A DNA stretch of 64,000 bases from Eledone cirrhosa (GCA_964016885.1 OZ024763.1:9176001-9240000); one strand, 5' to 3'. Shown: positions 1 to 13,935, counted from the stretch's first letter. Program-made: numbers and translations. The notes: generated from the letters alone by a model not told the origin.

Positions 1-380
1 TGCGATGGCTGGAGAGAAATGAAGCAAGCACGCTCCGTTGGATGTGCAATGTCAATGTGCGGGAACGACCAAGCATAAACGAGTTGAGAGAGAAACTGTG
101 TTTAAGAGGGATAAGTTGTGGTGTGCAAGAGAGGACTGAGATGGTATGGACATGTGATGCGCATGGAGGTTGAGCGCTGGGTAAAGAAGGGAGACGCAGT
201 AGAGGAAGACCACGAAAAACATGGGTGGAGGTGGTGAGAGCCGACTTCAGATCGCTGAAACTCACCAAGGAGATGACGAAGGACCGTGACAAGTGAAGAG
301 ATGCTTTGCTCAAGAGGACCTGTCCCACCCTTTCAAGCAGGGAAAAGCGGACGTAAAATGATGAACAGACGATGATAATG
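1..380 (+). mobile_element. RTE non-LTR retrotransposon 3' end (repeated at ~3280-3746 and ~6820-7286)
   Basis: Encodes RWLERNEAS..LRWMC..GRPRKTW; ends CCCACCCTTTCAAGCAGGGAAAAGCGGACGTAAAATGATGA. Confidence 0.9.
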
Positions 381-829
381 ATGCTCTCTATATATCTATC
401 TCTCTATCAATCTATCCAGATATCTGTGCATCAGTCTATCTATTTACCTATAAACACCCTCCTCACTCCGTCTCAGGATCACCGAGACATCACCAACAAC
501 CAACCCACGCTGTGGGAAACAGTCCTCCCCGGGGCACACCCTGGTACTTCACACCATCTGTCTGTCTCGCTGCCTAACTACCGAGAAATCCGGCTTCTGT
601 GCTTGCCTAATTTGTAGGTTATTAGGCAGTTGGCAGGTTTGCGGAAGTTGGTTTTGCAAATGGTTAAAACACTTGCATCACAAAATTCAAATAGCATCAC
701 TCCTTGTTTTATCTTTCTCGTCTTTACCTAGGCCTGCATAAGTTAGTGTTACGGTTAGTGTTACTGTTAGCGTTACGACTAGTTTTAGGGTTAATTGAGA
801 GCAAGAAACTGCTGCTAGGTAAAGACAAG

Positions 830-1860
830 AAATTCTGCATTTACAAGCAATTTTTACAAACAGCCACAATGACAGGACGGAGACATCGTTATGCTAGCAG
901 GGGATTTCAATGGTCATGTTGGACAGCTCTACGATGGTTACACTGAGGTACATGTTGGGCACACTTACGGCTTAAGAAATGAAGCAGTGAAACTTCTTGA
1001 ATTTTGCAATGCAATTGCACTAACCATCTACAACACTAACTTACACAAATCTGCCAACCACCTAATAACCTACAAATCAGGCAAGCACATAAGCCAGATT
1101 GACTTCTTGCTAGTTAGGCAGCGGGACAGGCAGATGGTGTCAAATGCAAAGGCATACCCCGGGGAAGAATGTACCCCACAGCATAGGTTAGTCGTTAGTG
1201 ATATCTCATTAAGCAAGAGACTGAATGAGACATACAGGAAGGTGTGGAAAAAAGAAAGGTCTGGAAGCTAAAAGAGCTCTCACTAAAATACAAATTTAGG
1301 AAAGCCCTTCAATATGTGTATGATGAAAAAGAAGACGATTTAGAGTCGTACAACATAGATGATAACTGGAATTTCTTATGCGATACCTTACTGCAGGTTA
1401 CTGATGAAACTTGTGGCTGGATCAGAGTTCCAACCAGACAGAGAGTGACATGGTGGTGGGACAGCACGGTAGATCGGGCCATTGGAGACTAAAGACTAGC
1501 ATGGAATGCTTGCAAAATTAGTGCGAGTAGAGAAGAATATACAGCCGCTAAGAGAGAAGCTAGACGTCAGGTGTACTTAGCATGCAAGGAGGCTGCTCGA
1601 CGACGTGCGCTGTTCCGTACTGCAAGGCAGTGTGTCAGTGCAAATCGGGATTAAGTCTGTCCGCAATGATGCCGCTGTACTTTGTGTCACGAATGAGTGT
1701 TGATGAGTAGAAAAGAGGACAAAACTCTATTCCGTCAGGGAAATGGCCATGTTCGATATGCAGAAACGGAACTGGCATAAATTATATAAAACGTACACAA
1801 AAGATCGAGTGCGATAGCAGGCACGTAGTGGGATAGCAGGCAAACTAACAGCATATTTTG
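830..1860 (+). mobile_element. Degenerate RTE LINE fragment: APE C-terminus, linker, deletion into the zinc-finger region (repeated at ~4200-5220 and ~7730-9150)
   Basis: LAGDFNGHVG, SQIDFLL, EECTPQHRLVV, TWWWD motifs with frameshifts and stops. Confidence 0.9.
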
Positions 1861-2574
1861 ATTATAATAAAACAAATAATAATAGTAATAATAATAATAA
1901 TAATCGTCATTGTTCTTTTCTTCTGTGCCTTTCTTTGCCTTCTCTGTCATCTGAATAACAAAAATAAAAGAAAAAAAGAATCTTAAACATATGTTGCCTT
2001 TACAAAGTGCTGTGATCAAAGTAGCTTTTAAGCAATTTCCTAACTAACAAACAACATCAACAAAATATATACAAATATCTTTGAATGTCAAGTCCACCAA
2101 GAGAAAATAGTCATAATGTACTTACAGATACAATGCTAGGGACTCGCATCAATGAGTTTTAGTAGAAAATGACTGACTGACTGTTGAGGGGACAGAGGTG
2201 TGTTTTCAAATATTTATCAATTCACAACAAAGCCTCACAAAGCTACATCATAATGCAAACTCACAACACCCTTCTTATGCAACCTCACCAAGCAACCCCA
2301 CAACACAACCTCACGTTCACAATTCACAACACTCAACAAGGCATTCGTTATCTAGGGTTTACAGTAAACATAGCGAGGTAAGACACACCCAGTACACTCT
2401 GTAAAGTGGTCATTAGGTTAAGATTAAACTGAAATCATACCTCCATTGTCGTTGGCGTATATTTTCTCTAAAACTTAATTTCATTGCTTTCATTTCTCTT
2501 CTTTTTCTTCTATTCCATCTAAATATGAAAAAAAAATTATACAGGTCATTTCGTCTTATCAAGAGGTCCATTTA

Positions 2575-3035
2575 AAATTGAGATTAACGAATATAGGGTC
2601 CAAGAGGCGATTAAGGAATTGAAAAATGGTGAGGCTGCTGGACCATCGGAGATAGTTGCTGAGATGCTGAAGGCCTCAGGGGACGTAGGCACTAAACTGG
2701 TTGCACACATCATCAATCAGGCTATATATGGCAGTGTCATACCCAAAGACTAGTGCAAAAGTAAAGGGGACGCTCTTGAGAGGAGAAATTATAGGGATAT
2801 AAAACTGATGGATCAGGTTATGAAAGTGGCAGAAAGGATATTAGCACAACTAATTAGAGAAAGGGTCAAACTAGATGAGATGCAGTTTGGTTTTGTGCCT
2901 GGGAATAGTACAACAGATGCCCTCTTCTTGATGAGACAATTACAAGAGAGGTTCTTAGAGAAAAATAAGCCACTATACTTAGCCTTTGTTGACCTAGAGA
3001 AGGCCTTTGATAGGGTACGCCGATCTGTCATCTTA
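2575..3035 (+). mobile_element. RTE LINE reverse-transcriptase N-terminal fragment (also ~6085-6580 and ~9370-9870)
   Basis: YRDIKLMDQVMK, QFGFVPGNSTTDA, AFVDLEKAFDRV. Confidence 0.9.
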
Positions 3036-3195
3036 TTATTTAACCTATAAATGGGGCCCCAACAGGTACTACTACACCAGGCCAGAGCAGACCTGGGAGT
3101 TATGACAACTAAGGGGGTAACTCCATGTTCCCCACAGTTCCTCCTGAACTTGAGCCTTGCCACTGGATGTAGTTTAATGTCATACCCAGGACAAA
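3036..3195. repeat. Short interspersed repeat interrupting the RTE RT, followed by (TA)n (copies at ~6580-6740 and ~9870-10030)
   Basis: AACAGGTACTACTACACCAGGCCAGAGCAGACCTGGGAG...GTCATACCCAGGAC occurs three times at the same RT position. Confidence 0.6.
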
Positions 3196-3218
3196 TATAT
3201 ACATACATATATATACAT

Positions 3219-3265
<47 letters not shown>

Positions 3266-5935
3266 TACAAATATATATATGCGTACGAAAGTGTGGTTAC
3301 ATGATGCCTATGCGAGATGTGCGACCCTGCATGGTAGTGAAACATGGACAGCAACTGCAGAGGGTATGCGATGGCTGGAGAGAAATGAAGCAAGCACGCT
3401 CCGTTGGATGTGCAATGTCAATGTGCGGGAACGACCAAGCATAAACGAGTTGAGAGAGAAACTGTGTTTAAGAGGGATAAGTTGTGGTGTGCAAGAGAGG
3501 ACTGAGATGGTATGGACATGTGATGCGCATGGAGGTTGAGCGCTGGGTAAAGAAGGGAGACGCAGTAGAGGAAGACCACGAAAAACATGGGTGGAGGTGG
3601 TGAGAGCCGACTTCAGATCGCTGAAACTCACCAAGGAGATGACGAAGGACCGTGACAAGTGAAGAGATGCTTTGCTCAAGAGGACCTGTCCCACCCTTTC
3701 AAGCAGGGAAAAGCGGACGTAAAATGATGAACAGACGATGATAATGATGCTCTCTATATATCTATCTCTCTATCAATCTATCCAGATATCTGTGCATCAG
3801 TCTATCTATTTACCTATAAACACCCTCCTCACTCCGTCTCAGGATCACCGAGACATCACCAACAACCAACCCACGCTGTGGGAAACAGTCCTCCCCGGGG
3901 CACACCCTGGTACTTCACACCATCTGTCTGTCTCGCTGCCTAACTACCGAGAAATCCGGCTTCTGTGCTTGCCTAATTTGTAGGTTATTAGGCAGTTGGC
4001 AGGTTTGCGGAAGTTGGTTTTGCAAATGGTTAAAACACTTGCATCACAAAATTCAAATAGCATCACTCCTTGTTTTATCTTTCTCGTCTTTACCTAGGCC
4101 TGCATAAGTTAGTGTTACGGTTAGTGTTACTGTTAGCGTTACGACTAGTTTTAGGGTTAATTGAGAGCAAGAAACTGCTGCTAGGTAAAGACAAGAAATT
4201 CTGCATTTACAAGCAATTTTTACAAACAGCCACAATGACAGGACGGAGACATCGTTATGCTAGCAGGGGATTTCAATGGTCATGTTGGACAGCTCTACGA
4301 TGGTTACACTGAGGTACATGTTGGGCACACTTACGGCTTAAGAAATGAAGCAGTGAAACTTCTTGAATTTTGCAATGCAATTGCACTAACCATCTACAAC
4401 ACTAACTTACACAAATCTGCCAACCACCTAATAACCTACAAATCAGGCAAGCACATAAGCCAGATTGACTTCTTGCTAGTTAGGCAGCGGGACAGGCAGA
4501 TGGTGTCAAATGCAAAGGCATACCCCGGGGAAGAATGTACCCCACAGCATAGGTTAGTCGTTAGTGATATCTCATTAAGCAAGAGACTGAATGAGACATA
4601 CAGGAAGGTGTGGAAAAAAGAAAGGTCTGGAAGCTAAAAGAGCTCTCACTAAAATACAAATTTAGGAAAGCCCTTCAATATGTGTATGATGAAAAAGAAG
4701 ACGATTTAGAGTCGTACAACATAGATGATAACTGGAATTTCTTATGCGATACCTTACTGCAGGTTACTGATGAAACTTGTGGCTGGATCAGAGTTCCAAC
4801 CAGACAGAGAGTGACATGGTGGTGGGACAGCACGGTAGATCGGGCCATTGGAGACTAAAGACTAGCATGGAATGCTTGCAAAATTAGTGCGAGTAGAGAA
4901 GAATATACAGCCGCTAAGAGAGAAGCTAGACGTCAGGTGTACTTAGCATGCAAGGAGGCTGCTCGACGACGTGCGCTGTTCCGTACTGCAAGGCAGTGTG
5001 TCAGTGCAAATCGGGATTAAGTCTGTCCGCAATGATGCCGCTGTACTTTGTGTCACGAATGAGTGTTGATGAGTAGAAAAGAGGACAAAACTCTATTCCG
5101 TCAGGGAAATGGCCATGTTCGATATGCAGAAACGGAACTGGCATAAATTATATAAAACGTACACAAAAGATCGAGTGCGATAGCAGGCACGTAGTGGGAT
5201 AGCAGGCAAACTAACAGCATATTTTGATTATAATAAAACAAATAATAATAGTAATAATAATAATAATAATCGTCATTGTTCTTTTCTTCTGTGCCTTTCT
5301 TTGCCTTCTCTGTCATCTGAATAACAAAAATAAAAGAAAAAAAGAATCTTAAACATATGTTGCCTTTACAAAGTGCTGTGATCAAAGTAGCTTTTAAGCA
5401 ATTTCCTAACTAACAAACAACATCAACAAAATATATACAAATATCTTTGAATGTCAAGTCCACCAAGAGAAAATAGTCATAATGTACTTACAGATACAAT
5501 GCTAGGGACTCGCATCAATGAGTTTTAGTAGAAAATGACTGACTGACTGTTGAGGGGACAGAGGTGTGTTTTCAAATATTTATCAATTCACAACAAAGCC
5601 TCACAAAGCTACATCATAATGCAAACTCACAACACCCTTCTTATGCAACCTCACCAAGCAACCCCACAACACAACCTCACGTTCACAATTCACAACACTC
5701 AACAAGGCATTCGTTATCTAGGGTTTACAGTAAACATAGCGAGGTAAGACACACCCAGTACACTCTGTAAAGTGGTCATTAGGTTAAGATTAAACTGAAA
5801 TCATACCTCCATTGTCGTTGGCGTATATTTTCTCTAAAACTTAATTTCATTGCTTTCATTTCTCTTCTTTTTCTTCTATTCCATCTAAATATGAAAAAAA
5901 AATTATACAGGTCATTTCGTCTTATCAAGAGGTCC

Positions 5936-5969
<34 letters not shown>

Positions 5970-6768
5970 GAGATAATACCTTAAAATAATGGTAAAAAAA
6001 GTGTTTAATTACGAAAATCCTTTGAAATAACTTCCTCGCTCTTACTGGTCATACCTGCAAAACACAAAACACTAGCGTTAAAGTGAAATTACCCTCAGTA
6101 GATCAGACAGAGGGACCAGCTATTGAGATTGACGAATATAGGGTCCAAGAGGCGATTAAGGAAATGAAAAATGGTGAGGCTGCTGGACCATCGGAGATAG
6201 TTGCTGAGATGCTGAAGGCCTCAGGGGACGTAGGCACTAAACTGGTTGCACACATCATCAATCAGGCTATATATGGCAGTGTCATACCCAAAGACTAGTG
6301 CAAAAGTAAAGGGGACGCTCTTGAGAGGAGAAATTATAGGGATATAAAACTGATGGATCAGGTTATGAAAGTGGCAGAAAGGATATTAGCACAACTAATT
6401 AGAGAAAGGGTCAAACTAGATGAGATGCAGTTTGGTTTTGTGCCTGGGAATAGTACAACAGATGCCCTCTTCTTGATGAGACAATTACAAGAGAGGTTCT
6501 TAGAGAAAAATAAGCCACTATACTTTGCCTTTGTTGACCTAGAGAAGGCCTTTGATAGGGTACGCCGATCTGTCATCTTATTATTTAACCTATAAATGGG
6601 GCCCCCAACAGGTACTACTACACCAGGCCAGAGCAGACCTGGGAGTTATGACAACTAAGGGGGTAACTCCACGTTCCCCACAGTTCCTCCTGAACTTGAG
6701 CCTTGCCACTGGATGTAGTTTAATGTCATACCCAGGACAAATATATACATACATATATATATATACAT

Positions 6769-6805
<37 letters not shown>

Positions 6806-9319
6806 TACAAATATATATATGCGTACGAAAGTGTGGTTACATGATGCCTATGCGAGATGTGCGACCCTGCATGGTAGTGAGACATGGACAGCAACTGCAG
6901 AGGGTATGCGATGGCTGGAGAGAAATGAAGCAAGCACGCTCCGTTGGATGTGCAATGTCAATGTGCGGGAACGACCAAGCATAAACGAGTTGAGAGAGAA
7001 ACTGTGTTTAAGAGGGATAAGTTGTGGTGTGCAAGAGAGGACTGAGATGGTATGGGCATGTGATGCGCATGGAGGTTGAGCGCTGGGTAAAGAAGGGAGA
7101 CGCAGTAGAGGAAGACCACGAAAAACATGGGTGGAGGTGGTGAGAGCCGACTTCAGATCGCTGAAACTCACCAAGGAGATGACGAAGGACCGTGACAAGT
7201 GAAGAGATGCTTTGCTCAAGAGGACCTGTCCCACCCTTTCAAGCAGGGAAAAGCGGACGTAAAATGATGAACAGACGATGATAATGATGCTCTCTATATA
7301 TCTATCTCTCTATCAATCTATCCAGATATCTGTGCATCAGTCTATCTATTTACCTACACTTCTCACTCCGTCTCAGGATCACCGAGACATCACCAACAAC
7401 CAACCCACGCTGTGGGAAACAGTCCTCCCCGGGGCACACCCTGGTACTTCACACCATCTGTCTGTCTCGCTGCCTAACTACCGAGAAATCCGGCTTCTGT
7501 GCTTGCCTAATTCGTAGGTTATTAGGCAGTTGGCAGGTTTGCGGAAGTTGGTTTTGCAAATGGTTAAAACACTTGCATCACAAAATTCAAATAGCATCAC
7601 TCCTTGTTTTATCTTTCTCGTCTTTACCTAGGCCTGCATAAGTTAGTGTTACGGTTAGTGTTACTGTTAGCGTTGCGGCTAGTTTTAGGGTTAATTGAGA
7701 GCAAGAAACTGCTGCTAGGTAAAGACAAGAAATTCTGCATTTACAAGCAATTTTTACAAACAGCCACAATGACAGGACGGAGACATCGTTATGCTAGCAG
7801 GGGATTTCAATGGTCATGTTGGACAGCTCTACGATGGTTACACCGAGGTACGTGTTGGGCACACTTACGGCTTAAGAAATGAAGCAGTGAAACTTCTTGA
7901 ATTTTGCAATGCAATTGCACTAACCATCTACAACACTAACTTACACAAATCTGCCAACCACCTAATAACCTACAAATCAGGCAAGCACATAAGCCAGATT
8001 GACTTCTTGCTAGTGAGGCAGCGGGACAGGCAGATGGTGTCAAATACAAAGGCATACCCCGGGGAAGAATGTACCCCACAGCATAGGTTAGTCGTTAGTG
8101 ATATCTCATTAAGCAAGAGACTGAATGAGACATACAGGAAGGTGTGGAAAAAAGAAAGGTCTGGAAGCTAAAAGAGCTCTCACTAAAATACAAATTTAGG
8201 AAAGCCCTTCAATATGTGTATGATGAAAAAGAAGACGATTTAGAGTCGTACAACATAGATGATAACTGGAATTTCTTATGCGATACCTTACTGCAGGTTA
8301 CTGATGAAACTTGTGGCTGGATCAGAGTTCCAACCAGACAGAGAGTGACATGGTGGTGGGACAGCACGGTAGATCGGGCCATTGGAGACTAAAGACTAGC
8401 ATGGAATGCTTGCAAAATTAGTGCGAGTAGAGAAGAATATACAGCCGCTAAGAGAGAAGCTAGAGGTTAGGTGTACTTAGCACGCAAGGAGGCTGCTCGA
8501 CAAGAAGATCAAAGACGCGCCGTGTTCCGTATTGCGAGGCTGTGTGTCAGTGCAAATCGAGATTAAGTTTGTCTGCTTAATGATGCCGGCGTACTTAGTT
8601 TTACGGATGGTCAGAAAAAAAAGGCCTGGAAATGTCATTAAGAGAGACTGATGAATGTGGAGACCCAATGTGAGAAAGAGAGAAATTACCCCCCCAGTAC
8701 ATCCGACAGAGGGATCAGCTATTCAGATTGACGAATATATGGTCTAAGAGGCGATTAAGGAAATGAATAATGGTAAGGCCGCTGGACCGTCAGGAATAGT
8801 TGCCGAGATGCTGCAGGCATCAGGGGACATAGGCACTCAACTGGTTGCACGCTTCATCAAATCAGGCTATATATGTCGGTTTTGTACTCAAAGACTGCTG
8901 CAGCAATATTCTCGTAAATTGCTACAAAGGTAAAGGAGATGCTCTGGACATGAGCAATTATAGAGGAATAAAGCTGATGGATCAGGTTGTGAAAGTGGCA
9001 GAAAGGATATTAGCGCAACTAATTATAGAAAGGGTCCAACTAGATGCGATGCAGTTTGGTTATGTGCCTGGGAAAAGTGCAACAGATACCCTCTTAGCGA
9101 GACAACTACAAGAGAGGTTATTAGAAGCCACTATACTTAGCTTTTGTTGAAATAACTTCCTTTCTCTTACTGATCATAACTGCAAAATAGAAAACAGTAG
9201 CGTTAGCGTGAACAGTACAGTGCAGTGTAGTGTAGTGTGATTTAGTATGGTGCAGTTTAGTGGCACAGTACACTGTAAAACATTTAGCCAATCTCTCAGA
9301 CATTTACAAATATTTCAAG

Positions 9320-9358
<39 letters not shown>

Positions 9359-10056
9359 ATATACATGGGAGAGAGAGAAATTACCCTCAGTAGATCAGAC
9401 AGAAGAACCAGCTATTGAGATTGACGAATATAGGGTCCAAGAGGCAATTAAGGAAATGAAAAATGGTGAGGCTGCTGGACCATCGGAGATAGTTGTTGAG
9501 ATGCTGAAGGCCTCAGGGGACGTAGGCACTAAACTGGTTGCACACATCAATCAGGCTATATATGGCAGTGTCATACCCAAAGACTAGTGCAAAAGTAAAG
9601 GGGATGCTCTTGAGAGGAGAAATTATAGGGGTATAAAACTGATGGATCAGGTTATGAAAGTGGCAGAAAGGATATTAGCACAACTAATTAGAGAAAGGGT
9701 CAAACTAGATGAGATGCAGTTTGGTTTTGTGCCTGGGAATAGTACAACAGATGCCCTCTTCTTGATGAGACAATTACAAGAGAGGTTCTTAGAGAAAAAT
9801 AAGCCACTATACTTAGCCTTTGTTGACCTAGAGAAGGCCTTTGATAGGGGTACCCCGATCTGTCATCTTATTATTTAACCTATAAAAGGGGCCCTAACAG
9901 GTACTACTACACCAGGCCAGAGCAGACCTGGGAGTTATTACAACTAAGGGGGTAACTCCACGTTCCCCACAGTTCCTCCTGAACTTGAGCCTTGCCACTG
10001 GATGTAGTTTAATGTCATACCCAGGACAAATATATACACACACACATATATATATA

Positions 10057-10353
10057 TCAAAATTGATGGAAGTTACGGAGTAGGCAGACCCAGAAAAACC
10101 TGGGACGATCTGATAAATTCCGACCTTACATACATCTCTCCAAGACAATGTCACTGGACAGAGATCTTTGGCACTACGCAGTAATACAGAAGACCTGATT
10201 TGTCTATGTACAACGCGAAACCTCGTCAGTAGGCACCTCTTAACCAAAAATACACCCGCATCCCACTACCCTCTCCTCCAACCTCTCTCTGTAAAGTTAT
10301 GTTGGTACCACAACATCCAGCCCTAAATAAATGAGGTCGTGTAGATGTCACGA

Positions 10354-10395
<42 letters not shown>

Positions 10396-10603
10396 CCACG
10401 CTGTAATGTGCCCGTGTAGGTAACACGGTAAAAACCTCCCAGTCCACACTAAACGTGGTTGGTGTTAGGAAGGGCACCCAACCGTAGAAAACCTGCCAGA
10501 CAGTCCTATACGAGCGAGAAAAACCAATCTTGCCTCAAGTGGGACATCTCCCGTCTAAACCCATGCTAGCGTGGAAGATAGACTTTAAACGATGATGATG
10601 ATA
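10057..10603 (+). mobile_element. RTE LINE (second subfamily) 3' end with long 3' UTR and (GAT)n tail
   Basis: VGRPRKTWDDLINSDL; tail CCCATGCTAGCGTGGAAGATAGACTTTAAACGATGATGATG; reverse-complement homologue of ~16015-16560. Confidence 0.85.
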
Positions 10604-10765
10604 TATACACATGGGATAACAAGTTATCGTTTTAGGTAATCCAGTGAGAGGTTTCCTTACTTAGGTAGCGAGTTTGCAATAATTCCCATGCAGGTCGATC
10701 TTGGAGTAATAGTAGTGAAAGAATGAAGAGTAAGATGGTCGGCTGTATAAAAAGGGTTTTATTTA

Positions 10766-10865
10766 CAGTACTAACAATTGTTTCATTGAACAGGTGAGTC
10801 TAAAAGTCGCTAATCACTCGACCTTAAATACAGTGTGTGGCTCTGATAAAATCATCGGAATACTG
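10766..10865 (-). ncRNA. Degenerate type-I hammerhead ribozyme motif (Penelope pLTR-like)
   Basis: Minus strand reads CAGTATT-CCGATGA-[~67 nt]-GAAAC-AATT-GTT-AGTACTG. Stem I has 7 bp including one G:U; stem II pairs poorly. Confidence 0.5.
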
Positions 10866-11254
10866 GAGGGTGTAACACATGGCATTAGCATTTATAGATA
10901 CATCAGAGAATCGAGTGAATGAAAACGAAAACATCAATAATAAAAGATAAACAATAATAAAAGTATAAAGAAGAAAGAATGACGATATAAAAAATAAGTA
11001 CAAAATACGGTTTCTGATAATAGTAGAAGTTATAGTGTAAGTGGATGTGTAAAATAGTGATGACAATAATGATAACAATAACATGAAAAGGAATACGATA
11101 TATGTTTCAGCAAAATAAAAAGGCAAGTTGTATAATAAAATATCAAAGGATTAAATAAATAATAAAAAGTAAGAGATAGAGAGATAAGGAATAGGAGACA
11201 GGGACTGAGAATATGGATTCGAGGATGAGACAAAGGGTAGGAATAAGGAGAGGG

Positions 11255-12060
11255 ACTAAAAGTTATGTTTTTCTTAACGATGATAATACAAAATTAGAGG
11301 AATCAAAAGAGAATTACAGTACTATTCACATGTAGTGCAACTGGTGAAAAGTTTAAACCCCTTTTTACTGAAAAAAGCCTTAAACCTCGTTGTTTCAAGA
11401 ATATTGACATTTCTAAACAGGAATTTTATTATAAAAAGAACATTACGGATGGATGACAGACAATATATTTTCATTTTACCTAAAAGAAATCAATTACGAA
11501 TTTTTTAAACAATAGAGAAAAGTATTATTGCTCCTTGATAATGCAGCATGCCACAAACAAAGCTTTTAAAATATAAAACTTTTTTTTTTCTACCCTCGAA
11601 CACAACTACAAAATTACAACCTTTAGACCAAGGAATAATTTGGTCATTCAAAAGCAACTACAATACGATTTTTATTAATAAAGTTGGTTAATAAAGATGT
11701 GAAAGTGTCAATTTAAAAGGAACGTCATGAGTTACGCCCCTTTATTTTCCGAGTTCAACTTGGCCTTTCATCCTTATAGGGTCGATAAATAAAGTACCAG
11801 TGATGCACTGGAATAATTGCTGGCAAAAGTAAAAACAGTTATTGCATGGTATTTTTGGTCAGTCCAGGCATGGGATTCGGTTGTAAAAGAGACAATTGTA
11901 AATTGCTGGGAAAAGTCAGGTCTACGAATACAGAATTCAATGAGTGAAGATTCGGTTGCAAAAGCATTGTGTTTAGAAAATGGGGAATACGAGCTGAAAT
12001 ACGCACTTAAGGAACTCAAGGAGCTAAAATATGATAATGTTACTTTTACAATTAAAACTT
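11255..12060 (+). mobile_element. Tigger/pogo DDE transposase pseudogene fragment, with a Nin-SINE piece inserted at ~11745-11845
   Basis: RITVLFTCSATGEK, KPRCFKN, WMT, RKVLLLLDNAACH, LPSNTTTKLQPLDQGII, AWDSVVKETIVNCWEKSG; stops and frameshifts. Confidence 0.85.
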
Positions 12061-12709
12061 AAATTTAAATTTTTATGTCTTGTTTTTAGTTTGGGGAGGG
12101 GGGGGGGGGGATGTCAAAATAACCAACTTTTCTTTTAAAATGTTAATTAAGGTAAACATGACAACTTAAATTCAAGTTTTTTGTCAAAAAAAAAAAAAAA
12201 AAGGTCATTATTGACATTTTTACACACACATATATATACATACATACTTATATATACATACATACACTAGCTACACTCTACGCTATATATATATATACTA
12301 CGAGTGGTTTTCTGCTAGCATGTGTAGTGTGTATATTGATATTATACGTCAAATAAAATCTCAATTGACAATATACACATTAGTTGAACGAAGACTGTGT
12401 TACACTGTCTTATGTGATAAATGATACATTTATAGATAAGGATGAGGGGCTAAATATTATCTATATGATTTTACATTGTTGTTATAGGTCTTCGAAGGAT
12501 ATTAGTTATAAGTGATATAATTGAAATACCTTAATCGAAGAGTTGGTAGCTTCTTATCGGTAGTAAATGCTGCTGACTTCCAGGATATAAATAAATAGCT
12601 CTTCAATGCTCACTCCTCTATAAATATAATTTTATTTGTCGAAAAGGATTGTAGGAGTCATTTTACAATAAATTTTCGCGCGATGTATCATCTGCAAGTC
12701 AGTTCGGTC

Positions 12710-13535
12710 TGTCATACGCAACTTCCCATTGGTCAGTTTGATGTATGTTGAAAGTAAAGGAGTGTTTGAATGTGATTGTGGTGTTTGCGGTGGTGCTTGT
12801 ATTGACACATTGTAGCAGAGGGGAGTATGAGGCTCTGATGTGAGAGCATCTGTGTAGGCCCGCTTTAGTCTGTCAATAGAGTGTGTCTTTATGTCCATTA
12901 AAGTCAAAGGTGAAATGTTTATCTCTACGTGCAAGTACACGATAGGGTCCAGAATAAGGTGGAGTGAGAGGTCTTCTCACCGTCATTTCTGACAAAAACA
13001 TGGGTCCACGAGGAAAGTCCCTCGGAACAGAATATTTAAAGGTTTGTTGCCTAGTTTTCATGCAAGTCGTGAAGGCGTAGTAGTGGTCGAATTGCCGGAG
13101 TACTCCAAAATGTTATCAGCGTAAGAGCTGTGTAGGTGTATAGTCGCCAAGGTGTTCATCAAAGACGTTCGTAAACTTTAACAAAATAGTTGCGAACAAA
13201 ACATTTAAAAATAATCTTTTGAAGTCCGTAGTATCCTTGAAACAGTTGGCCAAAGTAAAAGCGCGGGAATAAGTGATGAAGAAATAGGAGGTGAGTCGCC
13301 ACATTGGACAAAAATGCCATGTGCAAACAAAATATTGTGTTATTGTAAACTCGACATTTTTTTTTTATGTGTGTGAAGGATGTATTCTTTACAGCCAGGT
13401 CACCATTTTTTATAGATACATCTTCACGCGTCAACTGTGTCGGTCTGTCTGGTACGCGTCAACTGTGTCGGGTTTTTAACAAGAGAGTGAGACTGCCCAT
13501 GTATTCATACGCAACCTCCCATTGGTCAGTTTGAC
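12710..13535 (-). mobile_element. Heavily deleted Ty3/Gypsy remnant (gag piece fused to integrase C-terminus)
   Basis: VRRPLTPPYSGPYRVL and SIDRLKRAY (GPY/F module); gag-like LGDYTPTQLLR; ~30-bp direct repeat at ~12712 and ~13505. Confidence 0.7.
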
Positions 13536-13734
13536 ATTATTGCGTATGCAAATGTTTGTTTTAATGCGTAGTGGAACTACGTCGCACTTCACAATACCAA
13601 CATTTGCATAGACGATATTATATATAAACTGCATTAGAACACCTACATTTTTTTCGAAACATTTACCTTCACCAGTTGGATACGTGACATTGCCACTGAA
13701 ACTCCCTTAAATACGACTGAAATATTGGTCGGCT

Positions 13735-13935
13735 GGTACACCCCTCAATATTTTGCGTGTGTGTACTTGATATGGGATCAACGAAATGCTTTGAACGATT
13801 GACAGTGAGATGTGTATAACGACCAGGCATACCCGCCACTCATCTGTATGGATCATAGATCCATTTGCACAGTGCCTTTCAATGAGAGGCAGCAGTCTCG
13901 GCAGAATCAAGACCACCGAGTATCGCCGGATTTTG
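13735..13935 (-). mobile_element. Merlin/IS1016 (ISXO2-like) transposase fragment
   Basis: LLPLIERHCANGSMIHTDEWR, then after a frameshift GYTHLTVNRSKHFVDPISSTHTQNIEG. Confidence 0.8.

Larger units (their letters stand above)
1..8465. repeat. Tandem direct repeat of a ~3.4-3.5 kb composite unit (starts at 1, 3367, 6907; partial fourth copy ~9370-10057)
   Basis: TGCGATGGCTGGAGAGAAATG recurs at 1, 3367 and 6907; the ORF track repeats with offsets of 3366 and ~3540. Copy 1 lacks ~180 bp that is present at ~5940-6120. Confidence 0.95.

Noticed and set aside
1401-1410. CTGATGA matches inside LINE coding sequence (also 8648, 31361)
   Set aside because: No flanking stems or correctly placed GAAA/NUH; chance matches.
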